A DNA stretch of 60,282 nt from assembly GCA_964490075.1 (NCBI GenBank), contig CAZBBK010000035.1, positions 1 through 60,282 on the forward strand. The letters are read 5' to 3'. The notes under the pieces are model-generated. The model did no database searches, was not told where the DNA came from, and saw nothing but the letters and a program-made list of their open reading frames with translations. Shown piece by piece: positions 1-11,705 of this stretch. This DNA comes from an uncultured Gemmatimonadota bacterium. GTDB taxonomy: Bacteria; GCA-2686955. Numbering within the stretch: position 1 is the stretch's first letter; each line of letters opens with the position of its first letter. Position numbers and translations under genes: made by a program.

Positions 1-2
1 TT

Positions 3-383
3 TGTCTCTCATGGGAAATCAGCCTAATCTACCCACTCGATCAGGGGAAGAGCCAATATTTGAAAAGCCTCGGCGTCGAGATCGATCCACACGGCAAGAT
101 GCCGGACGTTGTCATCCACCGCGCCGAACAAAACTGGCTCATTCTCATCGAAGCGGTGACCTCCCATGGCCCGGTCAACGTGCTTCGACACAATCAACTC
201 AAAGATCTTTTCGCGGGATCGACCGCTGGCCTCGTCTTCGTGACCGCCTTTCTGGACCGGAAAGCAATGCGAGAGTACCTGCCCGACATCGCCAGGGAGA
301 CTGAGGTCTGGGTCGCTGACGCGCCTGAGCATCTTATCCACTTCAATGGTGAACGTTTCCTCGGTCCTCACGAAGAGGTGTAG
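3..383 (+). CDS. BsuBI/PstI-family type II restriction endonuclease, C-terminal part (5'-partial or remnant)
   Basis: HGKMPDVV...LIEAVTSHGP...LVFVTAF...ETEVWVADAPEHLIHFNGERFLGP matches the BsuBI/PstI C-terminal motif set; the frame is open to the window edge. Confidence 0.85.
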   Translation, partial: CLSWEISLIYPLDQGKSQYLKSLGVEIDPHGKMPDVVIHRAEQNWLILIEAVTSHGPVNVLRHNQLKDLFAGSTAGLVFVTAFLDRKAMREYLPDIARETEVWVADAPEHLIHFNGERFLGPHEEV

Positions 384-1569
384 TGGTTGCTCGGGTTTTC
401 GAGCGTGGCGTTGCCCCCGCCAACAAGAGCGGAGCCGCACGGCGAGAACGTAGTTCAATAACGCATGGGGCTCTTGGGGGCACAACCACGAGATTACGAG
501 CATGGGTGAGGGGATAGCCGACCGAGATTCGAGGATCGTAGGAATAGCACAGGAGATGCCCACGTTCTCGGCTCACCACGAAAGCGCGGTCGGCGAAGAC
601 CACACCCAATGAGCTCGGGGTGTCGATCGTCTCCCCTTTGCTCTCTTCCAGCACGATCTCCTGATCGGTCTCGGTGACGGCCAGCAGATTCAAGAAATGG
701 CGCTCGGCTGCCACGTTGACGCCTGGTCGCGGCACACCGCCGTAGTAGATCTCGAGCCGCCAGTTGCCGGGCCGATTGTTGCCGTGATCCTGGGCGCAGA
801 GCTCGTCGATGTTGTGGTACAGCTTCCCCCCCAGCATGAAGAGCCCGAGACGACTCTCACGGTTCCGGCGATCGCCTTCCGGACGGCGCACCACGAAACG
901 CATGTCGCTGAGCCCATCGTCTCCGCCCTCGGCCTGACCGAGCATGTCGATCGCGCGGCTGGCGGCGCCCGGAACCAGGGTCTCCACTTCCAAGCGCCCT
1001 CCCCCGACCTCGCGCGACTGAAAGAGGCTCAGGCCGTCGCGAGGAAACTCGGGCATCGTGCCCAATCCGCCGTGCAGGACCCACACCTTCTTGTTACTCG
1101 GATCCACGCTCTTGATGTGATCCACATACTGACTACTCGCCGCATCCAAGAACTCCGCCTGCCAACGCAGATAACGCCCCCGCGGATTGGGGCTGTCCAG
1201 CGAGAGCTCGACGATCTCGACCTGCGGCATCGGTGCGGTGGCGGGCACGCTGAGCGTGTCCATCGGCATCCAGTCCTGGTCGGAGAGGGTGTTCGAGGTC
1301 TGGAAGTAGAAGTGCAGGTCGGAGCTGCCGGTGAGGCTCAGCTCGGTGAGCTTGATCTGGGAAGTGGCGTGGGTGTAGGGCAGTACCTCCCAGACCTCGT
1401 CTTGCGACTGGTCGATGGTGGTGGCGCTGCCGGTGATCTTGATCTCGCTCTGGCCCTGCTCGGACTGTGCGAAGGCAGTCGTCGGCACGGCCAGAGGCAG
1501 GGCGACGAGGATGTGGCGCAATGCGGCGCGGACGGAAAGACCGCGAGCCGCGAATCGGTGACGGCACAT
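343..1569 (-). CDS. Secreted hypothetical protein, possibly chimeric or internally deleted
   Basis: ATG at 1569 follows AAGGGAG; signal-peptide-like N-terminus (..LVALPLAVPTTAFAQ); sequence character changes abruptly along the ORF; the 3' end overlaps the convergent REase gene. Confidence 0.5.
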   Translation of the reverse strand: MCRHRFAARGLSVRAALRHILVALPLAVPTTAFAQSEQGQSEIKITGSATTIDQSQDEVWEVLPYTHATSQIKLTELSLTGSSDLHFYFQTSNTLSDQDWMPMDTLSVPATAPMPQVEIVELSLDSPNPRGRYLRWQAEFLDAASSQYVDHIKSVDPSNKKVWVLHGGLGTMPEFPRDGLSLFQSREVGGGRLEVETLVPGAASRAIDMLGQAEGGDDGLSDMRFVVRRPEGDRRNRESRLGLFMLGGKLYHNIDELCAQDHGNNRPGNWRLEIYYGGVPRPGVNVAAERHFLNLLAVTETDQEIVLEESKGETIDTPSSLGVVFADRAFVVSRERGHLLCYSYDPRISVGYPLTHARNLVVVPPRAPCVIELRSRRAAPLLLAGATPRSKTRATTTPLREDRGNVHH

Positions 1570-1686
1570 GGGGGGCTCCCTTCTCGATGCGGGTTCGGAT
1601 GGTCGCGCTACTGGCATCCCACCGCGATCGCTCTGAAGGTGAACCACTGGAGGGGGGGCGTGCGACCGTGAGGCGGACTCGCCACC

Positions 1687-3858
1687 TCAAACCATCCAGT
1701 ACTCCGCCCGCGGATCCCCCTCGTGGATCTCGATCCGGATGGCGTCGTGCTCGGGGTAGCGCAGCGGGGCATCCTCGCCCTTGCGGTGCAGCAGCAGGCG
1801 CAGCTCCAGCGCCGAGCCAGGGCCCGCCCCGAGCAGCTCCAGCGGGCAACCCAGCTCAAGACAGCTCGCCAGCGCCACTTCGATCCCGGTGCCGGCACGC
1901 CTTCGCCACCGGTCGCCGTCCCCCTCTCCCTCTTCATCTCGCTCTTCGAAAACTGTTACCAGCGGATCTCCCACCCAACCCAACAGAATCACCAATCTGC
2001 GCCGCAGCGGCCGCAGGAACTCGATCGTCAAGCGCGACCCCGGCGGCAGCTTCTCGGTGATGGTTGCGCCGTTGCCGCTGAGCAGCAAATAGAGTGTCGC
2101 TGGATCAAAGCCGAAGCGCAGGTGGCCGAAGGGCGGCTCTTCGCTGCTCTGGTGCATCGCTCCCTGCGCCGAGACGATCTCTGCGACGCCCCCCTCGAGC
2201 CATTCGTAGTAGTGCGAGATCTCACCGTCGATGATCGGCCGCAGATGGGCGCGGGGCATGCGCACCCGCGGCCCCCGCGACACCCGCTCCGCGATCGGCA
2301 GCAAGAGCTCGGGCGGCACCGGCAGGTCGAGGATCTCGTAGACCCTCTGCAAGTGAGCGCGAAAGAGACGGTCGAAGAGGTCGAGATCGGGCGTGTGATG
2401 ATCTGGCCCGTACCACCAGTTCCAGTCCGAGCCTTCGGCGATGTAAATCTGTCGCCAGGCGGCCGCGCGCGCCTCGGAATCCAGGTCGGCTTCGGCTGCG
2501 ACCAGGGCGGATCGAGCCTCGGCGAGCAGATCCCAGGCGCGGTTGTCCTCCTGGTGGCCGATCCAGACCGAGAAGTCGGCCCGAATCCACGATCCGGCGC
2601 GCAGCCGATCGATCCGGGCGCAGGCGCAGTCACGCTCGGCCACCAGCTCGCCGATGGTGCGGCAGCGGATGTCGGGCGCGGCGGCCAGCGACTCGTAGAG
2701 CCGGCGCAAGAAAGGGGCGCCGTCGTCGGGGAAATGTTCCCAGGCGTTTTCGCCGTCGAGGATCAGGGGGATCACGCAGTGTTCGGGATCGGAGCTTTCG
2801 GCGGCGCGCCGGCGGATCAGGGTGAGCAGATCATCGACCGCGGCGGCCGCGGGCCACTGCGAGTAGACGAAGCCGATCCGATCGGAGAGGGCGTGATCGC
2901 GAAAGACGATTGCCACGTCGTCGAAGAAGAATAGCTGTCGTGGGTCGACACTTCCTCCGGGCGAATGCCGCAGCACGTCCTCGTCCGACGCGCACCAGGC
3001 GAAGCCATGCTCGCCGAAGAGACGGATCGCCGCCTCGCTCAGCGACCCCTCGGCGGGCCAGATCCCGGCCGGTGCGGCGCCGAAGAGGCGGGTGTGGAGC
3101 TCGATCGCGGCGGCCACCTGCGCCGCGGCATCCTCGGGATGGGCGAAGGGACGGTCGGGGAGAACGATCTCGGGCAGCGCCTCACGGGCGGCGCGGTGAT
3201 CGATCACCAAGGGCAGGATCGGGTGGTAGAAGGGAGTCGTGCTGAGCTCCAGCCGCCCCTCCGCCTCGAGCCGGCGATAGGTCGGCACCACGCGTCCGAG
3301 CAGCTCGCGATGCAGATCGAGCACCGCCCGCACGTCGGCCATGTCGAAGTCGCGGTCCTTCTCCAGCAGCTCGGCGGCGACGGTGCCGCGGCGCAGCATC
3401 GGATCGATCCAGGCCAGGTTGAAATGGACCGCCAGATCGACGAAGTCGTTCACCGAGAACCGTCTTGCGGCATCGGCCAGAGGCAGGCGGTCGTCGCCGC
3501 GCTGGTGCAACAGCTCGTAGTAGCGCGCTGAGCGCCGGATCATGGTCGGCCCGTGGGCGCTGAAGAAGTGGCGCAGGACCTTCTCGGCCTCGTCGGCGCT
3601 GAGCGAATCGGCGCGCAGCGACCACTGCTCGAAGAGATCGACCGTCCGCCCCTCCACGTAGTCCTCGATCTGTTCCAGCAGCGAGGGCACCAGGTTGAAA
3701 TTCACCGCCACCCCGTCCACCGCGGCCGACACCAGAGGCATGTCGACGTAGTCCTTGGCGGCGTGCAGACGCACCCAGGGCAGCTCCGTAACTCCGCTCC
3801 CGGGATGCCGGTAGTGGGGTTGGTGCATATGCCAGAGGATGACGAGATTGATGGCCAC
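1687..3858 (-). CDS. Glycoside hydrolase family 57 (amylopullulanase/alpha-amylase-like)
   Basis: WHMHQP, ELSTTPFYHPILPL, GIWPAEGS, ILDGENAWEHF and AEGSDWNWW are GH57 conserved regions; GTG start inferred. Confidence 0.93.
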   Translation of the reverse strand: MAINLVILWHMHQPHYRHPGSGVTELPWVRLHAAKDYVDMPLVSAAVDGVAVNFNLVPSLLEQIEDYVEGRTVDLFEQWSLRADSLSADEAEKVLRHFFSAHGPTMIRRSARYYELLHQRGDDRLPLADAARRFSVNDFVDLAVHFNLAWIDPMLRRGTVAAELLEKDRDFDMADVRAVLDLHRELLGRVVPTYRRLEAEGRLELSTTPFYHPILPLVIDHRAAREALPEIVLPDRPFAHPEDAAAQVAAAIELHTRLFGAAPAGIWPAEGSLSEAAIRLFGEHGFAWCASDEDVLRHSPGGSVDPRQLFFFDDVAIVFRDHALSDRIGFVYSQWPAAAAVDDLLTLIRRRAAESSDPEHCVIPLILDGENAWEHFPDDGAPFLRRLYESLAAAPDIRCRTIGELVAERDCACARIDRLRAGSWIRADFSVWIGHQEDNRAWDLLAEARSALVAAEADLDSEARAAAWRQIYIAEGSDWNWWYGPDHHTPDLDLFDRLFRAHLQRVYEILDLPVPPELLLPIAERVSRGPRVRMPRAHLRPIIDGEISHYYEWLEGGVAEIVSAQGAMHQSSEEPPFGHLRFGFDPATLYLLLSGNGATITEKLPPGSRLTIEFLRPLRRRLVILLGWVGDPLVTVFEERDEEGEGDGDRWRRRAGTGIEVALASCLELGCPLELLGAGPGSALELRLLLHRKGEDAPLRYPEHDAIRIEIHEGDPRAEYWMV

Positions 3859-3985
3859 CTCCCTTCGATCGGGCGTTCGCGAGGAAACGCCAGCTCGGCG
3901 GCCGCGGCTCACGCGGCCCGCCCGCGGGGGCAGGGCTCGCTCCGCTTGTAAAGCAGGGCAACACCGAGGGCGTCAGCGGCGCTCC

Positions 3986-4474
3986 TCACAACCAGTCGAT
4001 CAACACTCGAACCAGTCGCCCCAGCGACGGAACCGCATTCATCACCTCGGCCCGTTCGGCGCCACTCGCTCCCTGGGCGGCTCTACCGAAAACCCGGTCT
4101 CGAGCAAGATGCTCTTTCTGATCGATTGCCCGCTCGAGCAGGTCTGCTTCGCCGAGATCCTCTCGACGACGGTCCAAGATCACCCGCCTGCACGATCCTC
4201 GCGGGAGTCCCAACTGCTGCGCCGCCCGGTCGGAATCCAGGACGGCGACCGCCAACGCACCGTTGGCGTTCAAGTTGTCCAGATCCTGCCGGATGGTGGC
4301 AACGACTTTCGTCGCACCTTTGCGAGGGTTGCCGAGCAGGACCTTGCGGATCTCCCAAATGTCTCGACCCGAGCCATCGGCAACCAGGGCGCAGACCAGT
4401 TCGTGTGGGCGAAACTCCTTGGTGCCCCGATCTCTGGAGCTCTCATACAGGATCGTCGCGCGAACTCGGCTCAA
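3986..4474 (-). CDS. Hypothetical partner of AAA_21 ATPase (possibly TOPRIM/RloB-like, may be internally deleted)
   Basis: Start overlaps the ATPase stop (TTGA); contains YE near the N-terminus and VAVLDSD. Confidence 0.45.
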   Translation of the reverse strand: MSRVRATILYESSRDRGTKEFRPHELVCALVADGSGRDIWEIRKVLLGNPRKGATKVVATIRQDLDNLNANGALAVAVLDSDRAAQQLGLPRGSCRRVILDRRREDLGEADLLERAIDQKEHLARDRVFGRAAQGASGAERAEVMNAVPSLGRLVRVLIDWL

Positions 4475-4896
4475 TTCGCGTCATCCGAGTCGTTGCGTGG
4501 ACCAAGAACATGCGGCAGGTAGTCGGCGGCGCGCAGATTCCCAATACCTCGGTAGTCCTTCAACCAGCGCTGCAAGCTCGTGGCATCCAGTCGCCGCAGC
4601 GTTGAGCTGCGGTCTTCCTCGACATCCAGGACCACAGCTGCCTTCTCCGGGCTATCCAGAACATCCAGCAACACATCCGAGTGCGTGGCCACCACCACCG
4701 GAACCGACACGGAAGCGCTCTCCAGAAGCGTCATCACTCGCGCCTGTAGCTCTGGGTGAAGGTGGGTCTCCGGCTCGTCGAAAGCGAGCAAGGTCGCGTT
4801 CGTCTCCAGGCGCAACGACGCCACGAGTGCCAGGTAGGCGAGAGTGCCGTCGGAGAGCATGGTCGCGGGGATGGACTCCCCCGACTCGTACTTCAG
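4471..4896 (-). pseudogene. AAA_21/AbiEii-type ABC ATPase, C-terminal half only
   Basis: MLSDGTL (signature), LLAFDEPETHLHPELQ (Walker B/D-loop) and VVVATHS (H-loop) are present; no Walker A upstream, where yhbY ends about 45 bp away. Confidence 0.8.
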
Positions 4897-4940
4897 CGGG
4901 CCCGGCGACGCACACCCGCGAGATCCGCCGTCCCCACACC

Positions 4941-5240
4941 TCAGGAAGGGTCGCGCTCCAGCGGCGGCCGATAAAGCAACAAAGTCCGCCCGATCTGCCC
5001 AGGACACTCCGACTCGGTCCGAGCGGCAAGCTCCTCGACGACCTGGGGACGCGTCACCGGACACTCCCGCGCCAGCCGCACCTTGATCAAGGCGTTGGCG
5101 GCCAGGCACTCGTCGGCCGACCGGACCACCTCTTCGCTCAGGCCGGCCTTGCCGACGATCACGCTGGCGGCGAGCTTCTGCCCGGCACGGCGCAGCTCGG
5201 CTCGATCGCGGCTCTGCAGCGGCAGCCGGTATCTTCTCAT
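4941..5240 (-). CDS. yhbY: YhbY/CRS1 RNA-binding protein
   Basis: LRRAGQKLAASVIVGKAGLSEEVV...LIKVR...GQIGRTLLLYR. Confidence 0.88.
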   Translation of the reverse strand: MRRYRLPLQSRDRAELRRAGQKLAASVIVGKAGLSEEVVRSADECLAANALIKVRLARECPVTRPQVVEELAARTESECPGQIGRTLLLYRPPLERDPS

Positions 5241-6406
5241 CGGTCCTCTCCTCCGTCGCCCAGCAGGGCCTGGTACTCCTCGGCATAGCGCCGCGCCATG
5301 GCGTCGGCCGCGAACATCTCGCGGGCCCGCTCGCGCCCCGCCGCGGCGAGGCGCGCCGCCTGCTCGGGGTCGTGCAAGAGCCGCAGGATGGCATCGGCCA
5401 GAGGTCGGCCGGCGCGCGCCGGCACCAGCAAGCCGCTGCGCTCGTGCTCGACCACCTCGTTGTTGCCTTCGGTGTCGGCGGCGATCACCGGCACCCCCAG
5501 CGCCATCGCCTCCATCAGCACCAGGCTCGAGCCCTCGCCGAAAAGCGAAGGCAGCACCTTGATGCTCAGCGAGGAGAGTACCTCGGGAATGTCGGATCGG
5601 AAGCCGAGGGTGCGCACCCGCTCTTCCACACCGCGCTCCCGCGCCCGCCTCCGCAGCACCTCCAAGTAGTCCCCGTCCCCAACCCAGTCCCCATGCCCCA
5701 CCAGCACCAGCAGCGCCTCCGGCGCCTTCTCGACCACGTGCGCCATGGCGTCGATCAGGTATTCCGCCCCCTTGCGCGGCCGGAAGCTGGCCACCATCCC
5801 GATCAGCGGCGCATCTTCGGCGATCCCCAGCTCGGCGCGCAGCACCCGGGGGTAAGGAGCCCGCTCCAGCAACACCGGATCGAAGCTGTTGTAGATGACG
5901 CCGATCTTGGCGCCGCGCACGCCGAGTTGTCGCAGGTCGTCGGCCGCCGCCCGGCTCACCGCCACGTAGCGCGTGGTGAGGAACGAGGTCAAGCGCTCCA
6001 CCGTGGCGTTCACGCGGCTCGGCGCCTCGGCGTTGGTATCGCGCGAGATCGGCGCCTGCACGATGGTCAGGATCGGCACCCCACAGAGCAGCCGGGCCAC
6101 GCGCCCGACCAGGTTGGTGCGCGCGGTCTGGGTCACCATCAGGTCGGGCCGGACCCGGTCGGCGATACGCGCCACGGCGAGCGCCACGCCCAGGTCCGCC
6201 TTGCCCTTCATCGGCACCACCTCGACCGGGATGCCGAGCGCTTCCACCCGCGTCCGCAGCAGCCCATCCGCCAGGCAGACCAGGGTCGGCTCGAAGCGGG
6301 TGCGGTCGAGGTACTGGAGCAGCAGGTAAAGCGACTGCTCGCCGCCGCTCCAGTGGGCGCCGTGGATCAGGTGCAGGATCCGTTTGGGTCGACTCGATGG
6401 GGGCAT
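5237..6406 (-). CDS. Glycosyltransferase family 4
   Basis: RILHLI..SGGEQ, VIYNSFD, RKGAEYLI, PSLFGEGSSLVLMEAMALGVPVI; start at the MPPSS ATG. Confidence 0.92.
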   Translation of the reverse strand: MPPSSRPKRILHLIHGAHWSGGEQSLYLLLQYLDRTRFEPTLVCLADGLLRTRVEALGIPVEVVPMKGKADLGVALAVARIADRVRPDLMVTQTARTNLVGRVARLLCGVPILTIVQAPISRDTNAEAPSRVNATVERLTSFLTTRYVAVSRAAADDLRQLGVRGAKIGVIYNSFDPVLLERAPYPRVLRAELGIAEDAPLIGMVASFRPRKGAEYLIDAMAHVVEKAPEALLVLVGHGDWVGDGDYLEVLRRRARERGVEERVRTLGFRSDIPEVLSSLSIKVLPSLFGEGSSLVLMEAMALGVPVIAADTEGNNEVVEHERSGLLVPARAGRPLADAILRLLHDPEQAARLAAAGRERAREMFAADAMARRYAEEYQALLGDGGEDR

Positions 6407-6422
6407 GATGCGCGGGGTGGAC

Positions 6423-8075
6423 TCAGACCGAGAGCGAGGCGGCGCGCAGCTCGTTCTCGCCGATCGGCACGTTGATGACATAGGGAAGGGCGGAGTCCAA
6501 CCCCCGCCGGATCGCCGGAGCCAGCTTCTCGCCCGGCTCGATCGTCTCGCCGGCGCCGCCCAGCGCACGCGCCACCGCGGCGTAGTCGGTCGCCCCCAGG
6601 GCGGTGGCGACGGCGCGCTCCTCGCCATACATCTGCACCTGGCCGCGGCGAATCTGGGTCCAGGCAGCGTCGTTGCCGACCACCGCGAGGAAGGGGATGC
6701 CTTGACGCGCGCAAGCCTCGATCTCGAAGCCGTTGAAGCCGACCGAGCCGTCGCCCCAGACCAGCACCACCGGCGCATCGGGATGCGCGAGGCGGGCCGC
6801 CATGGCGTAGCCCGGGCCGACGCCCAGGGTGCCGAGAGGGCCGGCGTCGAGCCAGCGCCCGGCCGCGCCGGGACGGATCATGCTGGCCACCGAAGCGACG
6901 AAATCGCCGCCGTCCCCGATCACGAAGGCATCGGCCGGCAGGGCGGCGGCGAGCTCGGCGCCGACCCGCAGCGGGTGGATCGGGAAGTCGGCGCCAACCG
7001 CGAGCTGCCGCAGCTTCTCGCGCCGGGCCGCATCGGCGGATCGGACCCGGACCAGCCACGGGTCGTCGTCGGCCAGCCGCGCGGCATTGTCGGGCAGAGC
7101 GGCGGCCAGCCCCGCGAGAGCGAGCCCCACGTCGCCGACGATGCCGGCGTCGGCGGGGCGGTTGCGGTCGATCTCGCGCGCATCGAGATCGACCCGGATC
7201 AGCTTCAGATGGTCCGGCCAGGCGGGCGCCGCGCCGTAGCCGATGCGGAAGTCGAGGGGCGTGCCGATCACCAGCGCCAGGTCGGCTTCCGCGAGCGCTC
7301 GGCCGCGCCCGCCGGTGAGGTACGAGGGGTGGTCGGGGGGCAGGCATCCGCGGCCCTGGCCGTTCAGATAGGCGGGCAGATTGAGCCGCTCGCAGAGTGT
7401 GCGCAGCTCGGCGGCCGCATCACACCAGAACACCTGCGATCCCGCGACCAGCAGCGGGCGCCGCGCCCGCGCCAGCAACGCCGCCGCCTCCTCGACCTTG
7501 ACCGGATCGACCCCGGCCCTCGGCCGCCGCGCCGACCGCCCGGCGACCGGCGCCTCGCTCGGCTCGCTCGGCGTCATCATCAGGTCGAGCGGCACCTCGA
7601 GAAACACCGGCCCGGGAACCCCGGCCAGCGCCTCGCGAAAGGCGGCAGCCACGTACTCCTCGGCGCGCGCGCTCTCCGGCAGCCGCCGCGCCCACTTGGT
7701 CACCGGGGCGACCATCGCCAGGTGGTCGCTCTCCTGCAGCGCCCCGCGGTCGCGCAGCGCGTGCGGCGCCTGGCCGCCGATCACCACCAGCGGCGTGCTC
7801 GAGCGTTGCGCGTTGGCCATGGCGGTGATCGCGTTGGCGACGCCGGGGCCGGCGGTCAGCAGAGCCACGCCGGGCCGTCGAGTGACCCGCGCCCAGCCTT
7901 CGGCGGCGAAGGCGGCGGTCTGCTCGTGACGCACGTCGACCACCCGAATTCCGGTCGCCAGGCAGCCCTCGTAGATGTCCATGATGTGGCCGCCGCAGAG
8001 CGTGAAGACGTGCGAGACCTCTTCGGCGGCGAGGGCGCGGGCGATGGCGTGCCCGGCGGAGCGCTGATCAGTCAT
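6423..8075 (-). CDS. TPP-dependent enzyme (acetolactate synthase / 2-hydroxyacyl-CoA lyase-like)
   Basis: [21 protein letters not shown] and the GDGSVGF...GNDAAW TPP-binding motif. Confidence 0.92.
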   Translation of the reverse strand: MTDQRSAGHAIARALAAEEVSHVFTLCGGHIMDIYEGCLATGIRVVDVRHEQTAAFAAEGWARVTRRPGVALLTAGPGVANAITAMANAQRSSTPLVVIGGQAPHALRDRGALQESDHLAMVAPVTKWARRLPESARAEEYVAAAFREALAGVPGPVFLEVPLDLMMTPSEPSEAPVAGRSARRPRAGVDPVKVEEAAALLARARRPLLVAGSQVFWCDAAAELRTLCERLNLPAYLNGQGRGCLPPDHPSYLTGGRGRALAEADLALVIGTPLDFRIGYGAAPAWPDHLKLIRVDLDAREIDRNRPADAGIVGDVGLALAGLAAALPDNAARLADDDPWLVRVRSADAARREKLRQLAVGADFPIHPLRVGAELAAALPADAFVIGDGGDFVASVASMIRPGAAGRWLDAGPLGTLGVGPGYAMAARLAHPDAPVVLVWGDGSVGFNGFEIEACARQGIPFLAVVGNDAAWTQIRRGQVQMYGEERAVATALGATDYAAVARALGGAGETIEPGEKLAPAIRRGLDSALPYVINVPIGENELRAASLSV

Positions 8076-8093
8076 CTCGATCGATCTCTCGAG

Positions 8094-9800
8094 TCAGGGA
8101 GAGCCGGTGCAGCCCGAGTCGCCGACCGCGTGCCACAGCAGTCCGCCCGGACCCCCGTAGGCGCCGAGGTCGGGGGCGGAGCTGTTGTAGGTGGCGTAGA
8201 TGCTGTCGACTTCGGACCAGGCGATGCCGTCAGGATCGCCCGTTCCGGCGTCGACGCAAGGCGAGAGCGGGTGCAGAACCGACCTGTACTCTCCGAAATC
8301 GATCAGATGCGGCCACGCGTCGAAATTCCCCTCTCCTTCCCAACCGCCGTAGACGCAGCTGTAGACCAGCTCCGGTTGGCCGCCCAGGGTGTCGATCTGG
8401 GCCGGTCCGTTGCCCCAGAGAATGCAGTTTTCGATGAAGGGGCTCGGCGCCCCGATGATGGTGAGGGCGCCGGAGTGGATGTTGTCGGTGACGTTGCCGC
8501 GGATGGTGCAGTGGCGGACGGTCGGCGCGTCCCAGAGCATCTGGCCCGGCTGCGTGGAGTGGAAGGTGATGGCGGCGCCCGCGGTGCGCGAGAAGTTGCC
8601 GTTGACCAGGCAGTTGTTGAGCACCGGGTTGGCATTGAGCGTGAAGAGCGCCCCTCCGCTGCCGCCAAAGTTGCCGATGGCTTCGTTGAACTGGAGCGCA
8701 CAGCCGTCGATCACCGGCCGCGAGATCGAGCAGTAGAGGCCGCCGCCCTTGGTGTCCCAGTCGTCGGCGAGCCGGTTGAAGCTGATCGACGAGCGCACCA
8801 GGATCGGCGACGAGGACAGGGCGTAGATGCCGCCGCCTTGGGTCTCGGCCACATTTCCGTCGATGACGCAGTCGACGAAGCGGGCCTGGGCGGTGTCGGC
8901 GAAGAGCAGGTAGGCGCCGCCGCCGAAGCTGGCGGCGGCGGTGTTGGCGGTCAGCGTCGAACGTTCGAAGCGGGCCGGGGTGATCCCGAGCAGAAAGGCC
9001 CCGCCGCCGGCGTTGGCGCTGTTGCTGTCGATCCGGCACTCGGTGAAGAGTGGAGCGGCGTCGTCGATGTAGATTCCTCCGCCGTCGATCTCCGCCACGT
9101 TGCGACGGATGCGGCAAGCATCGAACCAGATATGCGTGCTGTCGGGCGTGCCGCTGCCATCGCCCAGACCGTAGATCGCCCCGCCGTAGGTCGCCGCGTT
9201 GTCGATGAGGGCGCATCCGTGGAGCCGCGCGGTCGAGCCGGAGTCGAAGTAGAGCGCCCCCCCGAGCCCCCCCTCAGGGGCCGAGTTCCAGCTCAGGAGG
9301 CAGTAGTGGAGCTCGGCCCGCGATTGGTCCACGCAGGCCACGCCGGCGCCAAATCCACCGAAGGACTGCACCGCATTGCCCTTGATGACGCAGCGCCAGA
9401 TCTGCGGAGCAGCGCGTTCCACGTGCACGCCCCCGCCCACCTCCGCCAGCCCTCCGGTGATGGTCAAGCCGAAGAGCACGCCGCCGATGAGAGTGGTGTC
9501 GCTCGACGAGATGGTCACGGTCGATCCGGATCCGGTGCCGTCGATCACCGTCTGATTGACGGTCTGATCGCTCCAGGGATCGAGCGACTGCAAGAAGATG
9601 TTCTTGCCGAGGAAGTCGACCGGCCCCGCGTAGGTGCCGGGGGATACGATGATCCGCTGCCCGTCGCCGGCGGCTTCGATCGCCGGTTGCAGCTCGGGAT
9701 AGTCGGCGGGAACGTGGATCGGTGGTACCGGCCCGGCCAGGGCGGCACCGGTGGTGGAGAGGACGATCCAGATCCGCAGGCCGGTTCTACGATGGCTCAT
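8094..9800 (-). CDS. Secreted right-handed beta-helix (pectin-lyase-like, GGAI-repeat) protein
   Basis: Signal peptide, HVPADYPELQPAI, repeated N-A-x-x-GGGIY motifs, SPCVDAG..DLGAYGG. Confidence 0.85.
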   Translation of the reverse strand: MSHRRTGLRIWIVLSTTGAALAGPVPPIHVPADYPELQPAIEAAGDGQRIIVSPGTYAGPVDFLGKNIFLQSLDPWSDQTVNQTVIDGTGSGSTVTISSSDTTLIGGVLFGLTITGGLAEVGGGVHVERAAPQIWRCVIKGNAVQSFGGFGAGVACVDQSRAELHYCLLSWNSAPEGGLGGALYFDSGSTARLHGCALIDNAATYGGAIYGLGDGSGTPDSTHIWFDACRIRRNVAEIDGGGIYIDDAAPLFTECRIDSNSANAGGGAFLLGITPARFERSTLTANTAAASFGGGAYLLFADTAQARFVDCVIDGNVAETQGGGIYALSSSPILVRSSISFNRLADDWDTKGGGLYCSISRPVIDGCALQFNEAIGNFGGSGGALFTLNANPVLNNCLVNGNFSRTAGAAITFHSTQPGQMLWDAPTVRHCTIRGNVTDNIHSGALTIIGAPSPFIENCILWGNGPAQIDTLGGQPELVYSCVYGGWEGEGNFDAWPHLIDFGEYRSVLHPLSPCVDAGTGDPDGIAWSEVDSIYATYNSSAPDLGAYGGPGGLLWHAVGDSGCTGSP

Positions 9801-9872
9801 GTCTGATCCGCCGACTGGAGGTGAGCGGCGCACGCGGGACAGCGCGCGCCCCAGGAACATACAGAGTTGATT

Positions 9873-10940
9873 CTACTTCGTGTCGTGAAAGGCCTCGGTG
9901 ACGTACCAGTTGGCGGGTTCCTCCAGCAAGCGCCGGCGCACCTTGCGCTCGTCGAAGATCCAGTAGACCAGGGGCTGCTCGCGGCCTTCCCAGTAGAAAC
10001 CGGCCTGCAGCAGGGCAGCGTAGTGCGCCTCGGTCGCCGCCAGCGAGATCTCCAACCACGGCGCCGAACCATCGGCCCAGTGCACCATGCCCAACGCCAT
10101 GCCGAGCAGATCGTCGGGGTCGCAGGAGCCGAAGAGATCGACAATCTGCCAGGTGCCGTCCCCCGGATCGGGGTGCTTGATCAGGGCATAGCGCAGCAGG
10201 CGGTCGTCCTGCTCCAAGACCAGGATGGTGTAGCGGCGCCCGGGGGCGTCGTCGAAGCGCCAGCGTAGCCAGGCCAGAGTGCGCTCCTCCACGCACTGGT
10301 AATGCTCCCTCTCCCGCTCCCAGAGCTCCTCGAAACGCTCGTCGAAAGCCGGCAGCTCCCGCACCCGCGCCCGCCGGGGATGAACCCAACCGACCCTGCG
10401 CCGGCGCAGCCGGGTGCGCAGGCGGCGGCTGCGCGAAGAGAGATCGGCCCGCAGGATCTTCATCGACGCCAGGTCCCGGTAGCCCAGCAGCCGCTTGCCG
10501 ATCTTGTAGGCCGCCGCTGTGGGGGCGCCGATCCCCCAGGGGACCTCCTCCATCGCCGCCCAATCCTGCTGGTGCTGATAAAGGCGCAGCTGCAGGCGCC
10601 CGCCGCGGTAGTCCTCGCGCACCACGTTGTCGACGGGGACGCCCGCCAGCGACACCTGCTTGCCCAGCTGAAAACGTCTGAGCAGGCTGCCGTAGTGCCC
10701 GACCACCCGTCCTTGCGGGTCGACCGCGACACTCGCGCACCGGTCGCCCAGGTGGGCACCGGCGAACTTCCAGTCCCACTCGGCCGCCCACTGCTCTGCG
10801 GGCGCGGATCGGTAGTCCGCGAATGCCGCGGCGGCCAGCTCCGCGATCCCGGGAAGATCTTCGGGCTCGCAAGGCCGGATCGTGAGCTCGCCAAACGACC
10901 AGACCAGACTCGGATCCTCTCGATGTCGCACGATCGTCAA
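9873..10940 (-). CDS. GNAT-family N-acetyltransferase
   Basis: [43 protein letters not shown]. Confidence 0.78.
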   Translation of the reverse strand: MTIVRHREDPSLVWSFGELTIRPCEPEDLPGIAELAAAAFADYRSAPAEQWAAEWDWKFAGAHLGDRCASVAVDPQGRVVGHYGSLLRRFQLGKQVSLAGVPVDNVVREDYRGGRLQLRLYQHQQDWAAMEEVPWGIGAPTAAAYKIGKRLLGYRDLASMKILRADLSSRSRRLRTRLRRRRVGWVHPRRARVRELPAFDERFEELWEREREHYQCVEERTLAWLRWRFDDAPGRRYTILVLEQDDRLLRYALIKHPDPGDGTWQIVDLFGSCDPDDLLGMALGMVHWADGSAPWLEISLAATEAHYAALLQAGFYWEGREQPLVYWIFDERKVRRRLLEEPANWYVTEAFHDTK

Positions 10941-11044
10941 GACTTCGACTCCTCGCCTCCAAGAGGCTGTTATTCTGCCCTCTTTCTATCGCCATCGACA
11001 GTCTTTCCGACGCGGCGAGCGCCGCGTGCGAGGAGTGTAGACCG

Positions 11045-11686
<642 letters not shown>

Positions 11687-11705
11687 CACGGACCCTTCTG
11701 GCTCG

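Noticed and set aside
6384-9806. Long antisense and alternate-frame ORFs (for example 6384-9806 +, the first half of 20802-25316, 30452-33829 -, 26771-29431 -)
   Set aside because: Shadow ORFs of high-GC genes; Arg/Gly/Pro-rich, with no motifs.
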